Below, in pieces: positions 1 to 10,894 of a DNA stretch of 64,000 nt; position 1 is the stretch's first letter; the number at the start of each line of letters is the position of its first letter. Made by a program: the position numbers and the translations under genes. This DNA is from Reclinomonas americana ATCC 50394 (Eukaryota), in assembly GCA_048213135.1 (NCBI GenBank), contig PS015009.1, positions 1,488,001 through 1,552,000 of the forward strand. The letters run 5' to 3'. Under the pieces are notes generated by a model that had not been told where the DNA came from, made no database searches, and was given only the letters and a program-made list of their open reading frames with translations.

Positions 1-15
1 ATTACCGATTGCTAT

Positions 16-585
16 ATGTTGTCTGAAGAAGAACTGGAAAGCTTACAGCGCCGCATTGCCGAGAACAACGATCAGCAGGCATTCGCACAGTTGTACATGG
101 CATATGTGCAGCCATTGCTTCAATTTGCACAAACCATCATCAAAACAAAGGAACTGGCCGAAGAGATCGTATCCGATGTATTTGTCAGGATCTGGCAGAA
201 CAGGCGAAACCTCGCTACTGTAGATAATCTCCGTCTCTATTTATACATCAGCACCAAAAATACCTCGCTCAACTACCTGTCCAGGCATTTCCGCAAGGAA
301 GTGATATCACTCGACGAAATGTCGATGAGCCTCCCCGCCGTTACCTATAACCCCGAACAACTGCTCATAACTTCCGAAGCGGTAAAAAGGATCGAGTTTG
401 AGATCAACCGGCTACCCGCCCGCTGCAAACTCATTTTTAAGCTGGTAAAAGAAGACGGGCTCAAATACAATGATGTGGCACGCCTGCTCAATATTTCTGT
501 AAAAACCATTGATAATCAAATGGCTATAGCCGTTAAAAAAGTTAGTGGCGCCATCAGTTTCGAAATGAAAAAACAGACCCGTTAA
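16..585 (+). CDS. ECF RNA polymerase sigma-70 factor (Bacteroidetes PUL type)
   Basis: Region 2 motif AEEIVSDVFVRIW, region 4 HTH LKYNDVARLLNISVKTIDNQM; precedes FecR and SusC. Confidence 0.93.
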   Translation: MLSEEELESLQRRIAENNDQQAFAQLYMAYVQPLLQFAQTIIKTKELAEEIVSDVFVRIWQNRRNLATVDNLRLYLYISTKNTSLNYLSRHFRKEVISLDEMSMSLPAVTYNPEQLLITSEAVKRIEFEINRLPARCKLIFKLVKEDGLKYNDVARLLNISVKTIDNQMAIAVKKVSGAISFEMKKQTR

Positions 586-674
586 GGTCGCGGCACTGCT
601 AGTCAGCCCTCTCCCAAATTTTTTTTATTTCCTTTTAGTAGATTTTCCGGGTTTATGTGTCCTTCTATACAATA

Positions 675-1832
675 ATGGACAATCACACAGAACGGATATG
701 GACACTGATGGCCCGGAAACTCTCCGGTGAGGCTTCTGCGGAAGAGCTGCAGGAATTGGAGCAATTATTGTGGCAACATCCTGAAGGCAACTATTCGATG
801 GAAGTGATGCAGGACCTGTGGAAAAGCAAACCCGCAGCCGACCGCCAGTATGCGGAGAACGAATACCGCAAACTGGCCCAGAAGCTGATCCAGTCTGGTG
901 ACGGGGAGTTTGAGGACCAGGAAGCCCATTATGTTACTGAAGATGTTCACGGGGAAGCCGTTCACGAAGAGATTACTTATGAAGAACCGGCCCGCAAAAG
1001 AAAATGGATGCCCTGGGCTTTTGCCCTGGGTGCAGTTATAATAGCCGCCTCCGCGTTCCTGTACCAGCAGAATGGGAGCGATAATAAAACAGCCGCGGAA
1101 ATGCCGGCCCGCAACGAGATCAGCACCCGGTACGGGTCTAAAACCAGCCTGGTGCTGCCCGATGGCAGTAAGGTATGGCTGAATGCCGGCAGCAAACTGA
1201 GCTACGACAAAAACTATGGAAATTCCCTTCGTGAAGTAACCCTTGCCGGGGAAGCCTTCTTCGACGTGGTGAAAAACCCATCCCGCCCCTTTATCATCCA
1301 CACCAGCAAAATGGAGGTCCGCGTGCTGGGCACGGCCTTCAATGTAAAATGTTACCCCGACGAAAAGAAGACAGAAACGAGCCTCATCCGCGGCAGTGTG
1401 GAGATCACACTGAAAAACCGCCCGGAAAAGATCGTACTGAAACCGAATGAAAAGATCGTTATTAACGACGACGAACCAGGTGATGAGCAGCCGGTGCAAA
1501 CGACTGCTGCTAAATCCGGTGGTGGTCCTGTGAAGGCAGCCGAACCCATTTTTACCCTCGAACATGTAACCCGCGAACCGGTAAATAACGAGATCATTGA
1601 AACCTCATGGATCGATAACCGGTTGATATTCAATAATGAAACTTTTGAAGAGATTGCCGTTAAAATGGAACGCTGGTATGCCGTTCATATCAGTGTGGAA
1701 AATGAGAAACTGAAGAAAAAGCGCTTTACCGGCACCTTCGAGAATGAAACGATAAGCCAGGCACTCTCGGCCATGCAACTTACCCTGCCCTTTGGGTACT
1801 CGATCAGCAAAGACCAAATCATCATTAAATAA
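675..1832 (+). CDS. FecR-family anti-sigma factor
   Basis: TM helix then FecR motifs LPDGSKVWLNAGSKL, GEAFFDV, VLGTAFNV; ATG at 675 preferred over the GTG at 657. Confidence 0.93.
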   Translation: MDNHTERIWTLMARKLSGEASAEELQELEQLLWQHPEGNYSMEVMQDLWKSKPAADRQYAENEYRKLAQKLIQSGDGEFEDQEAHYVTEDVHGEAVHEEITYEEPARKRKWMPWAFALGAVIIAASAFLYQQNGSDNKTAAEMPARNEISTRYGSKTSLVLPDGSKVWLNAGSKLSYDKNYGNSLREVTLAGEAFFDVVKNPSRPFIIHTSKMEVRVLGTAFNVKCYPDEKKTETSLIRGSVEITLKNRPEKIVLKPNEKIVINDDEPGDEQPVQTTAAKSGGGPVKAAEPIFTLEHVTREPVNNEIIETSWIDNRLIFNNETFEEIAVKMERWYAVHISVENEKLKKKRFTGTFENETISQALSAMQLTLPFGYSISKDQIIIK

Positions 1833-1891
1833 CAAAAACTGCCACACATGAGAAGACCCCCCTACTACAACACAGCTTAAGCCATAAAAAA

Positions 1892-1917
1892 CCGGGAAAT
1901 GTTGGCGCATTCCCCGG
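1892..1917 (+). promoter_or_regulatory. Stem-loop in fecR-susC intergenic region
   Basis: CCGGGAAATG-TTGGCG-CATTCCCCGG imperfect inverted repeat. Confidence 0.4.
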
Positions 1918-1996
1918 CGAGGCTAATAATGGAAAACCTGCAACGTTCGACTGCTGCACAAGTTTCCGCTATTTCATTAACCCAAAAACTAAAAGT

Positions 1997-4900
1997 ATGA
2001 AAAAAACTCCACCCCTGCGTGCTTCCGGCGGGCAGGGCCTTATTAAAGTCATATTGCTTATGAAACTTACGATTGCTTTCATATTGATGACAACATTAAA
2101 CGTATCTGCCAACGTTTTTTCCCAAACCAGAATCACCTTAAAACTGCAATCAGCTGAACTGAAAATGGCGCTGAAGCAGATCGAGAAAAAAAGCAGCTAT
2201 CGTTTCCTCTACAACGACGACGTGGTTTCTTCCAACCGTAAAGTAGATATCAACGCCAACAATACCCTGGTTACCGAAGTGCTGGACAAAATGTTCAGCG
2301 AAGGCGAACTGGGCTACCGGGTACTGAACAATAACCTGGTGGTGATCACCTCTAAAAATGCTGAGGTCAACGACATCCGCGTGTCGGGCCGCGTTACCAA
2401 CAGCGACGGTTCACCCGTTCCCGGCGTAAGCGTTAAAGTGAAAGGCTCATCGGCCGGCACTTCCACAGGTTCGGATGGCTCCTATTCCATCTCTGTTCCC
2501 GATGGCGCTACACTGGTCTTCTCCTCTGTGGGGTACGAATCGGAAGAGATAAAAGTAAGCGGCCGCTCCACCATCGATGTGGTACTGAGGAATTCGGTAA
2601 AACAGATCGAACAGGTGGTGGTAGTGGGTTACGGCTCACAAAGGAAGATAGATGTAACCGGCGCTGTGGGAACGATCAAAGGCGACGAGATCTCCAAACA
2701 ATCTTCGGTTAACGCGGTAAGCGGTCTGCAGGGTAAAGTAGCGGGTGTGCAGATCACCAATAACGGTGCGCCCGGCTCCGCTCCCGATATTAAGATACGT
2801 GGTGTGGGTACCGTTTTCGGAAGCTCCCGTCCTTTATTTGTTGTAGACGGGGTTTGGTTCGATGACATCAGTTTCCTGAACCCGGCGGATATCGATAACA
2901 TGAGTATCCTGAAAGACGCTTCCAGTGAATCCATTTATGGTATACGTGCCGCCAATGGTGTGGTACTCATCACTACCAAAAAAGGAAAAGCCGGCAAAGC
3001 ACAGGTTACTTATAATGGTACTGTTGGCTATCAGAAAGTGACCAACCAGGTAAAAATGGCCAATGCCCGCGAATACACTACGCTGGTAAATGAAAAGGAC
3101 AATGCCCAAACACTTGATCCTGCCAGGTACAATGTTGATGGTACAGACTGGTACCACCAGATACTCCGCAATGCATTTGTGACCAATCACCAGATCTCCG
3201 TATCCGGTGGTGCCGACAGGTCCAACTATAATGTATCCTTCGGTTTCCTGGACCAGGACGGCCTGGTAGAGACCAATAATTATAAAAGGTATACGGCCCG
3301 TCTTCAACATGAAATAGAAGTGGCCAAACCTTTCAAACTGGGTTATACACTTACAGGGGCCTATATCAATTCAAGAGACATCAACGGTGGTATTTTCAGG
3401 CAGATGTACACCGCTTACCCGGTGCTGCCGGTTTATTATGCAGATGGTTCTTATGGCGATGCCGGCGATTACCCGTTGGGTGATGGCGCCAAATACAATC
3501 CGCAGGTTACCATTGATTACTTCGATCAGAACACCAAACAATATCGCCTGACCGGTAATGTGTTCGGCGAACTGAAATTCCTGAAATACTTCACCTTCCG
3601 CTCCAGCATCGGCGGAGAACGCACCGATCAACTGGTAAGGAACTATGCCCCGGTATACAACCTCGGTCCCTCTATGCGTAACGACAGCAGCCTGCTCACA
3701 CTAACGGAAGAGCGTACACGTAACTGGTTGCTGGAAAACACATTGACATTTGAGAAAAGGTTTGGCAAACACAGTGTAAAAGCGCTGGCGGGACAGGGAG
3801 CCCAATCCTATCGTTTTTACAAACGTATCGGCTCAGCTAAAAACCTTCCCAATGGCAGCACCTTCGATTATCTTTCATTGGGTGTGAGCCAGAATTACAG
3901 GGATGTTGACCTGCCCAGCTACCCGCTGTACAGCACCATCGCTTCTTATTTCGGCCGTATCAATTATTCCTTCAATAACAAATACATGCTCACGGCTTCC
4001 ATCCGTGCGGACGGCTCTTCCAAATACGCTGCGCCTAACAAATGGGGATACTTCCCGTCTGTGGGTGTGGGTTGGGTAGTAACGAAGGAAAAATTCATGG
4101 AATCCCAGAAAATATTCGACAACCTGAAACTGAGGGCCAGCTGGGGTAAAGTGGGTAACGCTTCCGTACCGGCCAACCTGTCTGTACAGTCTGTAACGCA
4201 AACACCGCAATTGGTGGCCATTTTTAATGGTCAGACTTACCAGGGCGCCAGCATCGATAAGATCGTTCCACCCACCACATTCTGGGAAAAGAGTGAAGGA
4301 ACCGATGTGGGTGTTGAAGCCACCTTGCTGAAAAACAGGTTAAACGTAGAGATCGGTTATTATAACAGGAAAACGCTCGACGCGATATTTGAAATTCCTA
4401 TCCTGGGATCACTCGGTGTATCCGGTAGTTCCATCATTGGTAACCAGGCCACTTTCCAGAACAGGGGTATGGAATTCCTCGTTAACTGGAAAGACGACCT
4501 GAATAAGAATATCTCCTATTCTGTAAGCGCCAACTTCGCTTTCAATAATAATAAAGTGCTGTCTACCGCAACAGGGGCCAACCCTATTTATGGCGGTGGA
4601 GCCGGCCTGGCCAACGGCTCACTGGCAACACGTACTGTACTCGGACAGCCTATTGGTCATTTCTATGGTTACCAGGTAGGCGGTATCTTCCAGACAGACG
4701 CGGAAGCGGCACCATGGAACGCCAAAGCCGGCGACTTCAGGTATGTTGATCAAAACAATGATAATAAGATTGATGGTTCTGACCGCGTGGTACTGGGTAA
4801 CCCCAATCCTAAGTACTCTTATGGCATCAATACCAACTGGACTTACAAACAATTTGACCTGGCCGTTGACTTCCAGGGTGTGGCCGGTGTGCAGATATAC

Positions 4901-5290
4901 AATGCCAATGTAGGCTGGAGGTATGGTAATGAGAATTTCTCCAAAGATTTTTATGATAACCGCTGGCATGGTGCAGGAACTTCCAATACCTATCCTTCTG
5001 CCAGGATTGGAAGCAGTTACAATGCAGCGCCTAACTCTTTCTTTGTTGAGAATGGCAGCTACTTCCGTATCAGGAATGTGCAGCTGGGCTATGTGGTAAA
5101 TGCAAAACTGCTCACCCGTCTTCACATCAGCAGGCTGAGGGCTTTTGTAAATACACAGAATCCGTTCACCTTCTTCCGTTATAAAGGATTTTCACCAGAG
5201 ATTGGTGGCGGGCCCACCAGTGCAGGTATCGACGCGAATGTATACCCGCTGTCTGCCACTTACAATTTTGGTGTGAATGTTAGTTTTTAA
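1997..5290 (+). CDS. SusC/RagA TonB-dependent transporter with N-terminal STN signalling extension
   Basis: VVVVGYG, LKDASSESIYGIRAANGVVLITTKKG plug motif, terminal Phe; followed by SusD. Confidence 0.96.
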   Translation: MKKTPPLRASGGQGLIKVILLMKLTIAFILMTTLNVSANVFSQTRITLKLQSAELKMALKQIEKKSSYRFLYNDDVVSSNRKVDINANNTLVTEVLDKMFSEGELGYRVLNNNLVVITSKNAEVNDIRVSGRVTNSDGSPVPGVSVKVKGSSAGTSTGSDGSYSISVPDGATLVFSSVGYESEEIKVSGRSTIDVVLRNSVKQIEQVVVVGYGSQRKIDVTGAVGTIKGDEISKQSSVNAVSGLQGKVAGVQITNNGAPGSAPDIKIRGVGTVFGSSRPLFVVDGVWFDDISFLNPADIDNMSILKDASSESIYGIRAANGVVLITTKKGKAGKAQVTYNGTVGYQKVTNQVKMANAREYTTLVNEKDNAQTLDPARYNVDGTDWYHQILRNAFVTNHQISVSGGADRSNYNVSFGFLDQDGLVETNNYKRYTARLQHEIEVAKPFKLGYTLTGAYINSRDINGGIFRQMYTAYPVLPVYYADGSYGDAGDYPLGDGAKYNPQVTIDYFDQNTKQYRLTGNVFGELKFLKYFTFRSSIGGERTDQLVRNYAPVYNLGPSMRNDSSLLTLTEERTRNWLLENTLTFEKRFGKHSVKALAGQGAQSYRFYKRIGSAKNLPNGSTFDYLSLGVSQNYRDVDLPSYPLYSTIASYFGRINYSFNNKYMLTASIRADGSSKYAAPNKWGYFPSVGVGWVVTKEKFMESQKIFDNLKLRASWGKVGNASVPANLSVQSVTQTPQLVAIFNGQTYQGASIDKIVPPTTFWEKSEGTDVGVEATLLKNRLNVEIGYYNRKTLDAIFEIPILGSLGVSGSSIIGNQATFQNRGMEFLVNWKDDLNKNISYSVSANFAFNNNKVLSTATGANPIYGGGAGLANGSLATRTVLGQPIGHFYGYQVGGIFQTDAEAAPWNAKAGDFRYVDQNNDNKIDGSDRVVLGNPNPKYSYGINTNWTYKQFDLAVDFQGVAGVQIYNANVGWRYGNENFSKDFYDNRWHGAGTSNTYPSARIGSSYNAAPNSFFVENGSYFRIRNVQLGYVVNAKLLTRLHISRLRAFVNTQNPFTFFRYKGFSPEIGGGPTSAGIDANVYPLSATYNFGVNVSF

Positions 5291-5308
5291 TATTTAAATC
5301 TTATTACA

Positions 5309-6811
5309 ATGAAACTGAAAACATATTTTAAGAAACCTGTAGCCGTGGCAGTAGCTGGTGCATTGCTGTTTGCTACGAGCTGCAGTAAAAGTTTTGTGGA
5401 TGTGCCGCTGGAGGCTTCTATTCCCGCTGAGCAATTCTGGCGGAACAGCGATGATGCGGCCAAAGCGGTAAATGCCATGTACGCGTACCTGCGTGCCTGG
5501 CCCCAGGTGGCCTTTGCTGCAACAGCAATTGAAAGCCTGGGATCGGACGATACCGAAAAAGGAAGTTCAACCGGTGATGCTTCATTCCTGAATGATTTCG
5601 ATGCTTTCACAGTAGGGCCCTCTTCTGCCAACTCTTCCGGGCAGATTTATGACTTCTGGAAAGCGCAGTACCTGGAGATCAACTATTGTAACCAGATACT
5701 CGATAATGTTCCCACCATCAGTATGGATGTTGCTTTGAGGGACCGTTACCTGGCAGAAGCCAAGTTCATCAGGGCTTATTCTTACTTCAGGCTGGTAAGG
5801 GCTTTCGGCGATGTGCCACTTCGTTTGAAAGTGCCTAAAGATCCCGCTGAATTCAATATTCCAAGAACGCCCAAAGCGGAAGTATATGCCGCAATTGAAA
5901 AAGACCTGTCTGAAGCAGCAGCTGTGCTGCCTCCCTCTTATTCAGGCGGCGATATCGGTCGGGTAACCAAAGGCGCAGCTTTGTCGCTGCACGCCAAAGT
6001 GGCCATGTACCAGAAAAAATGGGCCGATGTGCTGGCGCTCACCAACCAGGTGATGACACTTGGCTATACCCTGTTCCCCGATTATGAAAAACAATTCCGT
6101 ATTGCCAACGAAAACAATTCGGAGTCTGTTTTTGAAATACAGTGTAAATATGTTGCCGGAAACTGCGACATCTCTAATTCCCAGTATTCACAGATACAGG
6201 GTGTAAGGGGGTCTTATGGCGGCGGATGGGGTTTTAACGTACCCACTGCCGACCTGGCCGGTTCATATGAAGCCAACGATCCAAGAAGGGATGCTACTAT
6301 TATTTTCCGCGGAGAAACCACGCCACAGGGGGACGCTATTCCGCTTAGCGGCGACAACCCGCGTTACAACCAGAAATCTTATGTACCGTTTGGTTCTTAT
6401 CCAGGCTCCTGTGCAGAAGGTTCTGAGCAGAACATAAGGGTGATTCGCTATGCTGAAGTTTTACTGATGAATGCTGAAGCGGCTAACGAAATTGGCGGTA
6501 CTTCCAACACCACGCTGGCCTTAAACTCACTCAACGCGGTAAGAACAAGGGCCCGCGGCGCTAACCCGCTGACGGTGCTGCCCCCGGTTACCACTACCGA
6601 CCAGGGCCAGTTACGCGATGCCATCTGGAGAGAAAGAAGGTCTGAACTGGGTATGGAGAACGATCGCTACTTCGACGTGATCCGCCAGGGAAGGGCTTTG
6701 GCATTATTCGGCGGCAAAGGCTGGAAAGCTAATAAAAATGAAGTGTGGCCTATTCCACAGACAGAGATCGATATTTCCGCCGGTACACTGATACAGAACC
6801 AGGGGTACTAA
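5309..6811 (+). CDS. SusD/RagB nutrient-binding lipoprotein
   Basis: Lipobox ATSC, RYAEVLLMNAEA, ERRSELGMEN.RYFDVIR motifs. Confidence 0.95.
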   Translation: MKLKTYFKKPVAVAVAGALLFATSCSKSFVDVPLEASIPAEQFWRNSDDAAKAVNAMYAYLRAWPQVAFAATAIESLGSDDTEKGSSTGDASFLNDFDAFTVGPSSANSSGQIYDFWKAQYLEINYCNQILDNVPTISMDVALRDRYLAEAKFIRAYSYFRLVRAFGDVPLRLKVPKDPAEFNIPRTPKAEVYAAIEKDLSEAAAVLPPSYSGGDIGRVTKGAALSLHAKVAMYQKKWADVLALTNQVMTLGYTLFPDYEKQFRIANENNSESVFEIQCKYVAGNCDISNSQYSQIQGVRGSYGGGWGFNVPTADLAGSYEANDPRRDATIIFRGETTPQGDAIPLSGDNPRYNQKSYVPFGSYPGSCAEGSEQNIRVIRYAEVLLMNAEAANEIGGTSNTTLALNSLNAVRTRARGANPLTVLPPVTTTDQGQLRDAIWRERRSELGMENDRYFDVIRQGRALALFGGKGWKANKNEVWPIPQTEIDISAGTLIQNQGY

Positions 6812-6837
6812 TTTTTTAACACGCTTAAAACAGAAAA

Positions 6838-7731
6838 ATGAAAAAGATAAATATAAAATTGCTTTTCCTCGTTTTGGGAAGTGGACTGCTGGCGACATCC
6901 TGCTATAAAAAATTCGACGAGTCAAGCTACCAGCCACCATTGGATATCGGGGGCTTCAGTAACTCCCGCGAAATCGCACCATCCAACCTTGTAGGTTACT
7001 GGGCTTTCAATGGCAGCCTCATCGACAGTATCACAGGGGCTTCCTGCACCAATTCCGGCTCTTCCTTTACTACAGGTATAAAAGGACAGGGTTACCAGGG
7101 GTCTGCCAATGGCTATGCCACATTTGTACCCGGTACAAGGCTGAAGAACCTCACCAGCTTTACCATTGCTTTCTGGATGGAAGCCAGCGCCAACACCGGC
7201 GCCATTGGTGTCTTCTCACTCGCCAATACCACCGATTTCTGGGGTAACCTTGATATCTACCAGGATAATGGCGGCACCGGCGACCAAACCGTGTTCAAAG
7301 TGCATATCAATAATTCCAATGTACCATGGGCGGGCCAGTTCACCGATTGTAAAGTGACGATCAAAAAATGGATACATGTGGCGGCAACCTATGACGCGGC
7401 AACATCTAAATTCAATATGTACCAGAATGGTGTAGCCATAGGTGTCAACTCCGCCGGAAACCCGGCCAATACCATCGGGCCGGTACTGAATGGCAGCGAT
7501 CCGGGTGCTCCGCCGGTTACGCCTTATGGCCAGTTAAAATTCGTTAATCCCAATGCGATGGTTTTCGGAACCTTCCAGTTCCAGACCAATCCAAGCCTGA
7601 CTACATCTGCCGGCCCCCAGGGCTGGGCAACAGGATTTTCCGGCAGGCTGGATGAATTCAGGATATATGACCGGGCGCTTACCGCCAATGAAGTAAGTTC
7701 CCTGATGCTCCTGGAAGGCAGGGGTAAGTAA
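6838..7731 (+). CDS. LamG/concanavalin-A-like surface glycan-binding lipoprotein
   Basis: Lipobox ATSC, LVGYWAFNG, WIHVAATYD, GRLDEFRIYDRAL. Confidence 0.85.
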   Translation: MKKINIKLLFLVLGSGLLATSCYKKFDESSYQPPLDIGGFSNSREIAPSNLVGYWAFNGSLIDSITGASCTNSGSSFTTGIKGQGYQGSANGYATFVPGTRLKNLTSFTIAFWMEASANTGAIGVFSLANTTDFWGNLDIYQDNGGTGDQTVFKVHINNSNVPWAGQFTDCKVTIKKWIHVAATYDAATSKFNMYQNGVAIGVNSAGNPANTIGPVLNGSDPGAPPVTPYGQLKFVNPNAMVFGTFQFQTNPSLTTSAGPQGWATGFSGRLDEFRIYDRALTANEVSSLMLLEGRGK

Positions 7732-7749
7732 GTTTTCTCATGCAATCGT

Positions 7750-7790
7750 GGGTTGCCGTTCAAAGGGAAATGCGGCAACCCCTTTTTTCT
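7750..7790 (+). terminator. Intrinsic terminator/attenuator inside the PUL
   Basis: GGGTTGCCG...CGGCAACCC stem followed by T-run. Confidence 0.7.
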
Positions 7791-7831
7791 CTTTTACCGC
7801 TTACTGCTTCTGTAACCAGAAAAAATTAACC

Positions 7832-9514
7832 ATGAACACAGGATATACCCGCTTGCTCGTCCTTGCATGGACTTTATTACTGGCTGCCTGCTCCAAAAGT
7901 GACAGCAGCCCCACACCTGTAACCCCAACCCCGCCAACGCCTTCTTCCTTTAGTTTTTCAGCATTGAAGGTAGACGGAGTTTATAACGGATTCATTTACT
8001 ACAACAGCAGTTATAACCCTGTTGTCAAGATTTCCTTCTCCACAAAAATTGATCATGCCAGCGTGGCATCGGCTGTCAGCATCCGCGACAGATCAGGAAC
8101 AACGGTGGCTTATAATACAACGTATGAAAATGGCGACAGCACCATCGTCATCCAACCCGGCAGTAACCTGCAGCCGCTGACACAATACACAGTGCAGGCC
8201 TCTACGGCACTGCGGTCGCAGCAAAGCACGTCGCTGTCTGCCGCCGTAAGTCTTAACATCATTACCAAGATCGATTCTACCGATAAATTTCCTGTCATCT
8301 CCGACAATACCCTGCTTGACCTGGTACAACAACAAACATTCAAATACTTCTGGGACTTTGGTCATCCCGTAAGCGGGCTGGCCAGGGAAAGAAATACTTC
8401 CGGTGATATCGTCACCAGCGGCGGATCGGGTTTTGGCATCATGGCCATCATCACCGGCATCAACCGCAGTTTCATTACAAGGGCACAGGGTTTGACAAGA
8501 CTGCAAACCATGGTGACCTTTCTTAAAAACACGGCACAAAAATTCCACGGTGCCTTCCCGCACTGGCTCAATGGTGCCACAGGAGCAGTGGTTCCTTTCA
8601 GTACCAAGGATAATGGCGCCGACCTGGTGGAAACATCTTACCTGGTGGAAGGCCTGCTGTGCGCAAGACAATATTTCAATGGCGCTGATCCGGCAGAAAC
8701 AGCTCTGCGTGCCGATATCAATACCATCTGGAACGGTGTGGAATGGAGCTGGTTCCGGCAAGGCGGGCAAAATGTATTGTATTGGCACTGGAGTCCTAAT
8801 TACAACTGGGACATGAATATGAAAATACAGGGCTGGAATGAAAGTCTCATCACTTATGTGCTGGCCGCTTCTTCCACCACATCTTCCATACCGGCAGTGG
8901 TTTATACCGATGGCTGGGCACGTAACGGCAATATGCGTAATGGCAACAGTTACTACAGCTATACGTTACCGTTAGGTCCAGCATTGGGAGGCCCGTTGTT
9001 TTTTGAACACTACAGTTTCATGGGCATCAATCCCAACGGACTCAATGACACCTATGCCAATTACCAAACACAGGTGGTTAATCATACGAAGATCAATTAT
9101 ACCTATTGTGTAAGCAACCCACAGCAGTATTTTGGGTACAGTAACCTTTGCTGGGGACTTACCGCAAGTGATATACAAAATGGCTACACGGCCAGTTCAC
9201 CTACAAACGATGTGGGTGTTATCGCTCCGACAGCTGCACTATCATCATTTCCATATACACCAACGGAATCGATGCAGGCACTGAAATTCTTTTACTATAA
9301 ACTCGGCGATAAACTCTGGAAGCAATATGGATTTGTTGACGCCTTCTCACTGAAAGACCAGTGGTTTGCCGACTCTTTCCTGGCTATTGACCAGGGACCT
9401 ATCATTGTGATGATCGAAAATCACCGGAGCGGACTATTGTGGAACCTGTTCACCAGTTGCCCGGAAGTGAAGTCGGGTATGTTGTCGCTCGGATTTACAG
9501 CACCTTATTTATAA
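7832..9514 (+). CDS. GH144-like (glucoamylase-like) beta-1,2-glucanase lipoprotein with Ig-like domain
   Basis: Lipobox LAAC, Ig-like N-region, motifs FWDFGHPVSGLARER, DNGADLVETSYL, YWHWSP, LAIDQGP. Confidence 0.85.
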   Translation: MNTGYTRLLVLAWTLLLAACSKSDSSPTPVTPTPPTPSSFSFSALKVDGVYNGFIYYNSSYNPVVKISFSTKIDHASVASAVSIRDRSGTTVAYNTTYENGDSTIVIQPGSNLQPLTQYTVQASTALRSQQSTSLSAAVSLNIITKIDSTDKFPVISDNTLLDLVQQQTFKYFWDFGHPVSGLARERNTSGDIVTSGGSGFGIMAIITGINRSFITRAQGLTRLQTMVTFLKNTAQKFHGAFPHWLNGATGAVVPFSTKDNGADLVETSYLVEGLLCARQYFNGADPAETALRADINTIWNGVEWSWFRQGGQNVLYWHWSPNYNWDMNMKIQGWNESLITYVLAASSTTSSIPAVVYTDGWARNGNMRNGNSYYSYTLPLGPALGGPLFFEHYSFMGINPNGLNDTYANYQTQVVNHTKINYTYCVSNPQQYFGYSNLCWGLTASDIQNGYTASSPTNDVGVIAPTAALSSFPYTPTESMQALKFFYYKLGDKLWKQYGFVDAFSLKDQWFADSFLAIDQGPIIVMIENHRSGLLWNLFTSCPEVKSGMLSLGFTAPYL

Positions 9515-9538
9515 ACCGTAAACAACCGTTTGCAGCCA

Positions 9539-10894
9539 ATGAAATTCCTGCGGTATAACTTTCTCATTATAGCAGTCCTTTTTTCATGCATGGTTCAGGC
9601 GCAGGTAACACTCGCGCCTGCAACCACTTTTGATGCTAAAAAACGACCCCGCAACCTTTCCGACTCCGCCCTGCTCGACCTGGTGCAACGCCAGACCTTC
9701 CGGTATTTTTGGGAGTTTGCCCACCCTGTGAGCGGACTTTCAAGGGAAAGAAGTAACGAGAACTTTGGCTACGGACACGAAACCGTAACCATTGGCGGTA
9801 CCGGGTTTGGTGTGATGAGCGTGATTGTGGCCGCGGAAAGAAAATGGATCGGCAGGGATACCGCTGCCAGCTTTTTGCGTAAGATGGTGAGCTTTTTACT
9901 GAAAGCAAATGCCTATCATGGCGTTTTCCCGCACTGGATGGATGGCGCTACAGGCAAAACCATTCCCTTCAGCAGGAAAGACGACGGCGCTGACCTGGTA
10001 GAATCATCCTACCTGTTCCAGGGGCTGCTGTGCGCAAGACAATATTTCAATGCCGATAATCCTGTAGAGCGGGAGCTGAGGGGAAGGATCAACGCGTTGT
10101 GGAGAGGCACGGAATGGAACTGGTTTACCCGCGACGGGCAGGAAGTGCTGTACTGGCACTGGAGTCCCAACAACGGCTGGTCGATGAACTTTCCCGTTCG
10201 TGGCTTTAATGAATGCCTCATCATGTATATACTCGCAGCCAGCGGTGAAGACTATCCCGTGCCTGCATCGGTCTACCACCGCGGCTGGGCCGAAAGCAAT
10301 TTCTTCACGAATGGGAAAACATTTTATGGCTATAAACTGCCGCTGGGGTTTGACTATGGCGGCCCGCTTTTCTTTTCCCAATACTCTTTCCTCGGCCTTG
10401 ATCCCACAGGTTTAAAAGATCGTTATGCCGATTATTGGGAACAGAACCAGAATCATACCCTCATCAATCACGCCTATTGCGTGGAGAACCCGAAAAAGTT
10501 CACGGGTTATGGTGATAACTGCTGGGGGCTCACCGCCAGCGATACCTGGAACGGTTATGATGCCCATTCGCCAACCAATGACAATGGCACCATCACCCCA
10601 ACAGCGGCGCTTTCCGCATTTCCTTATACGCCGGAGTATTCCATGAAAGCGCTGAAACATTTTTATTACGACCTAGGTGATAAACTCTGGAGTGAATATG
10701 GTTTTATTGATGCCTTTAACGAAACCAAAAACTGGTATGCGCAAAGTCACCTGGCCATTGACCAGGGCCCCATTATTGTGATGATAGAGAATTACCGCAG
10801 CAAATTATTGTGGCGCCTGTTCATGAGCTGCCCCGAAATAAAAAAAGGATTGCAGAAACTGGGCTTTAAAAGTCCCTACCTGGATAAACCATGA
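9539..10894 (+). CDS. GH144-like endo-beta-1,2-glucanase
   Basis: Paralogue of the preceding gene; FWEFAHPVSGLSRER, DDGADLVESSYL, GGPLFFSQYS, LAIDQGP. Confidence 0.87.
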   Translation: MKFLRYNFLIIAVLFSCMVQAQVTLAPATTFDAKKRPRNLSDSALLDLVQRQTFRYFWEFAHPVSGLSRERSNENFGYGHETVTIGGTGFGVMSVIVAAERKWIGRDTAASFLRKMVSFLLKANAYHGVFPHWMDGATGKTIPFSRKDDGADLVESSYLFQGLLCARQYFNADNPVERELRGRINALWRGTEWNWFTRDGQEVLYWHWSPNNGWSMNFPVRGFNECLIMYILAASGEDYPVPASVYHRGWAESNFFTNGKTFYGYKLPLGFDYGGPLFFSQYSFLGLDPTGLKDRYADYWEQNQNHTLINHAYCVENPKKFTGYGDNCWGLTASDTWNGYDAHSPTNDNGTITPTAALSAFPYTPEYSMKALKHFYYDLGDKLWSEYGFIDAFNETKNWYAQSHLAIDQGPIIVMIENYRSKLLWRLFMSCPEIKKGLQKLGFKSPYLDKP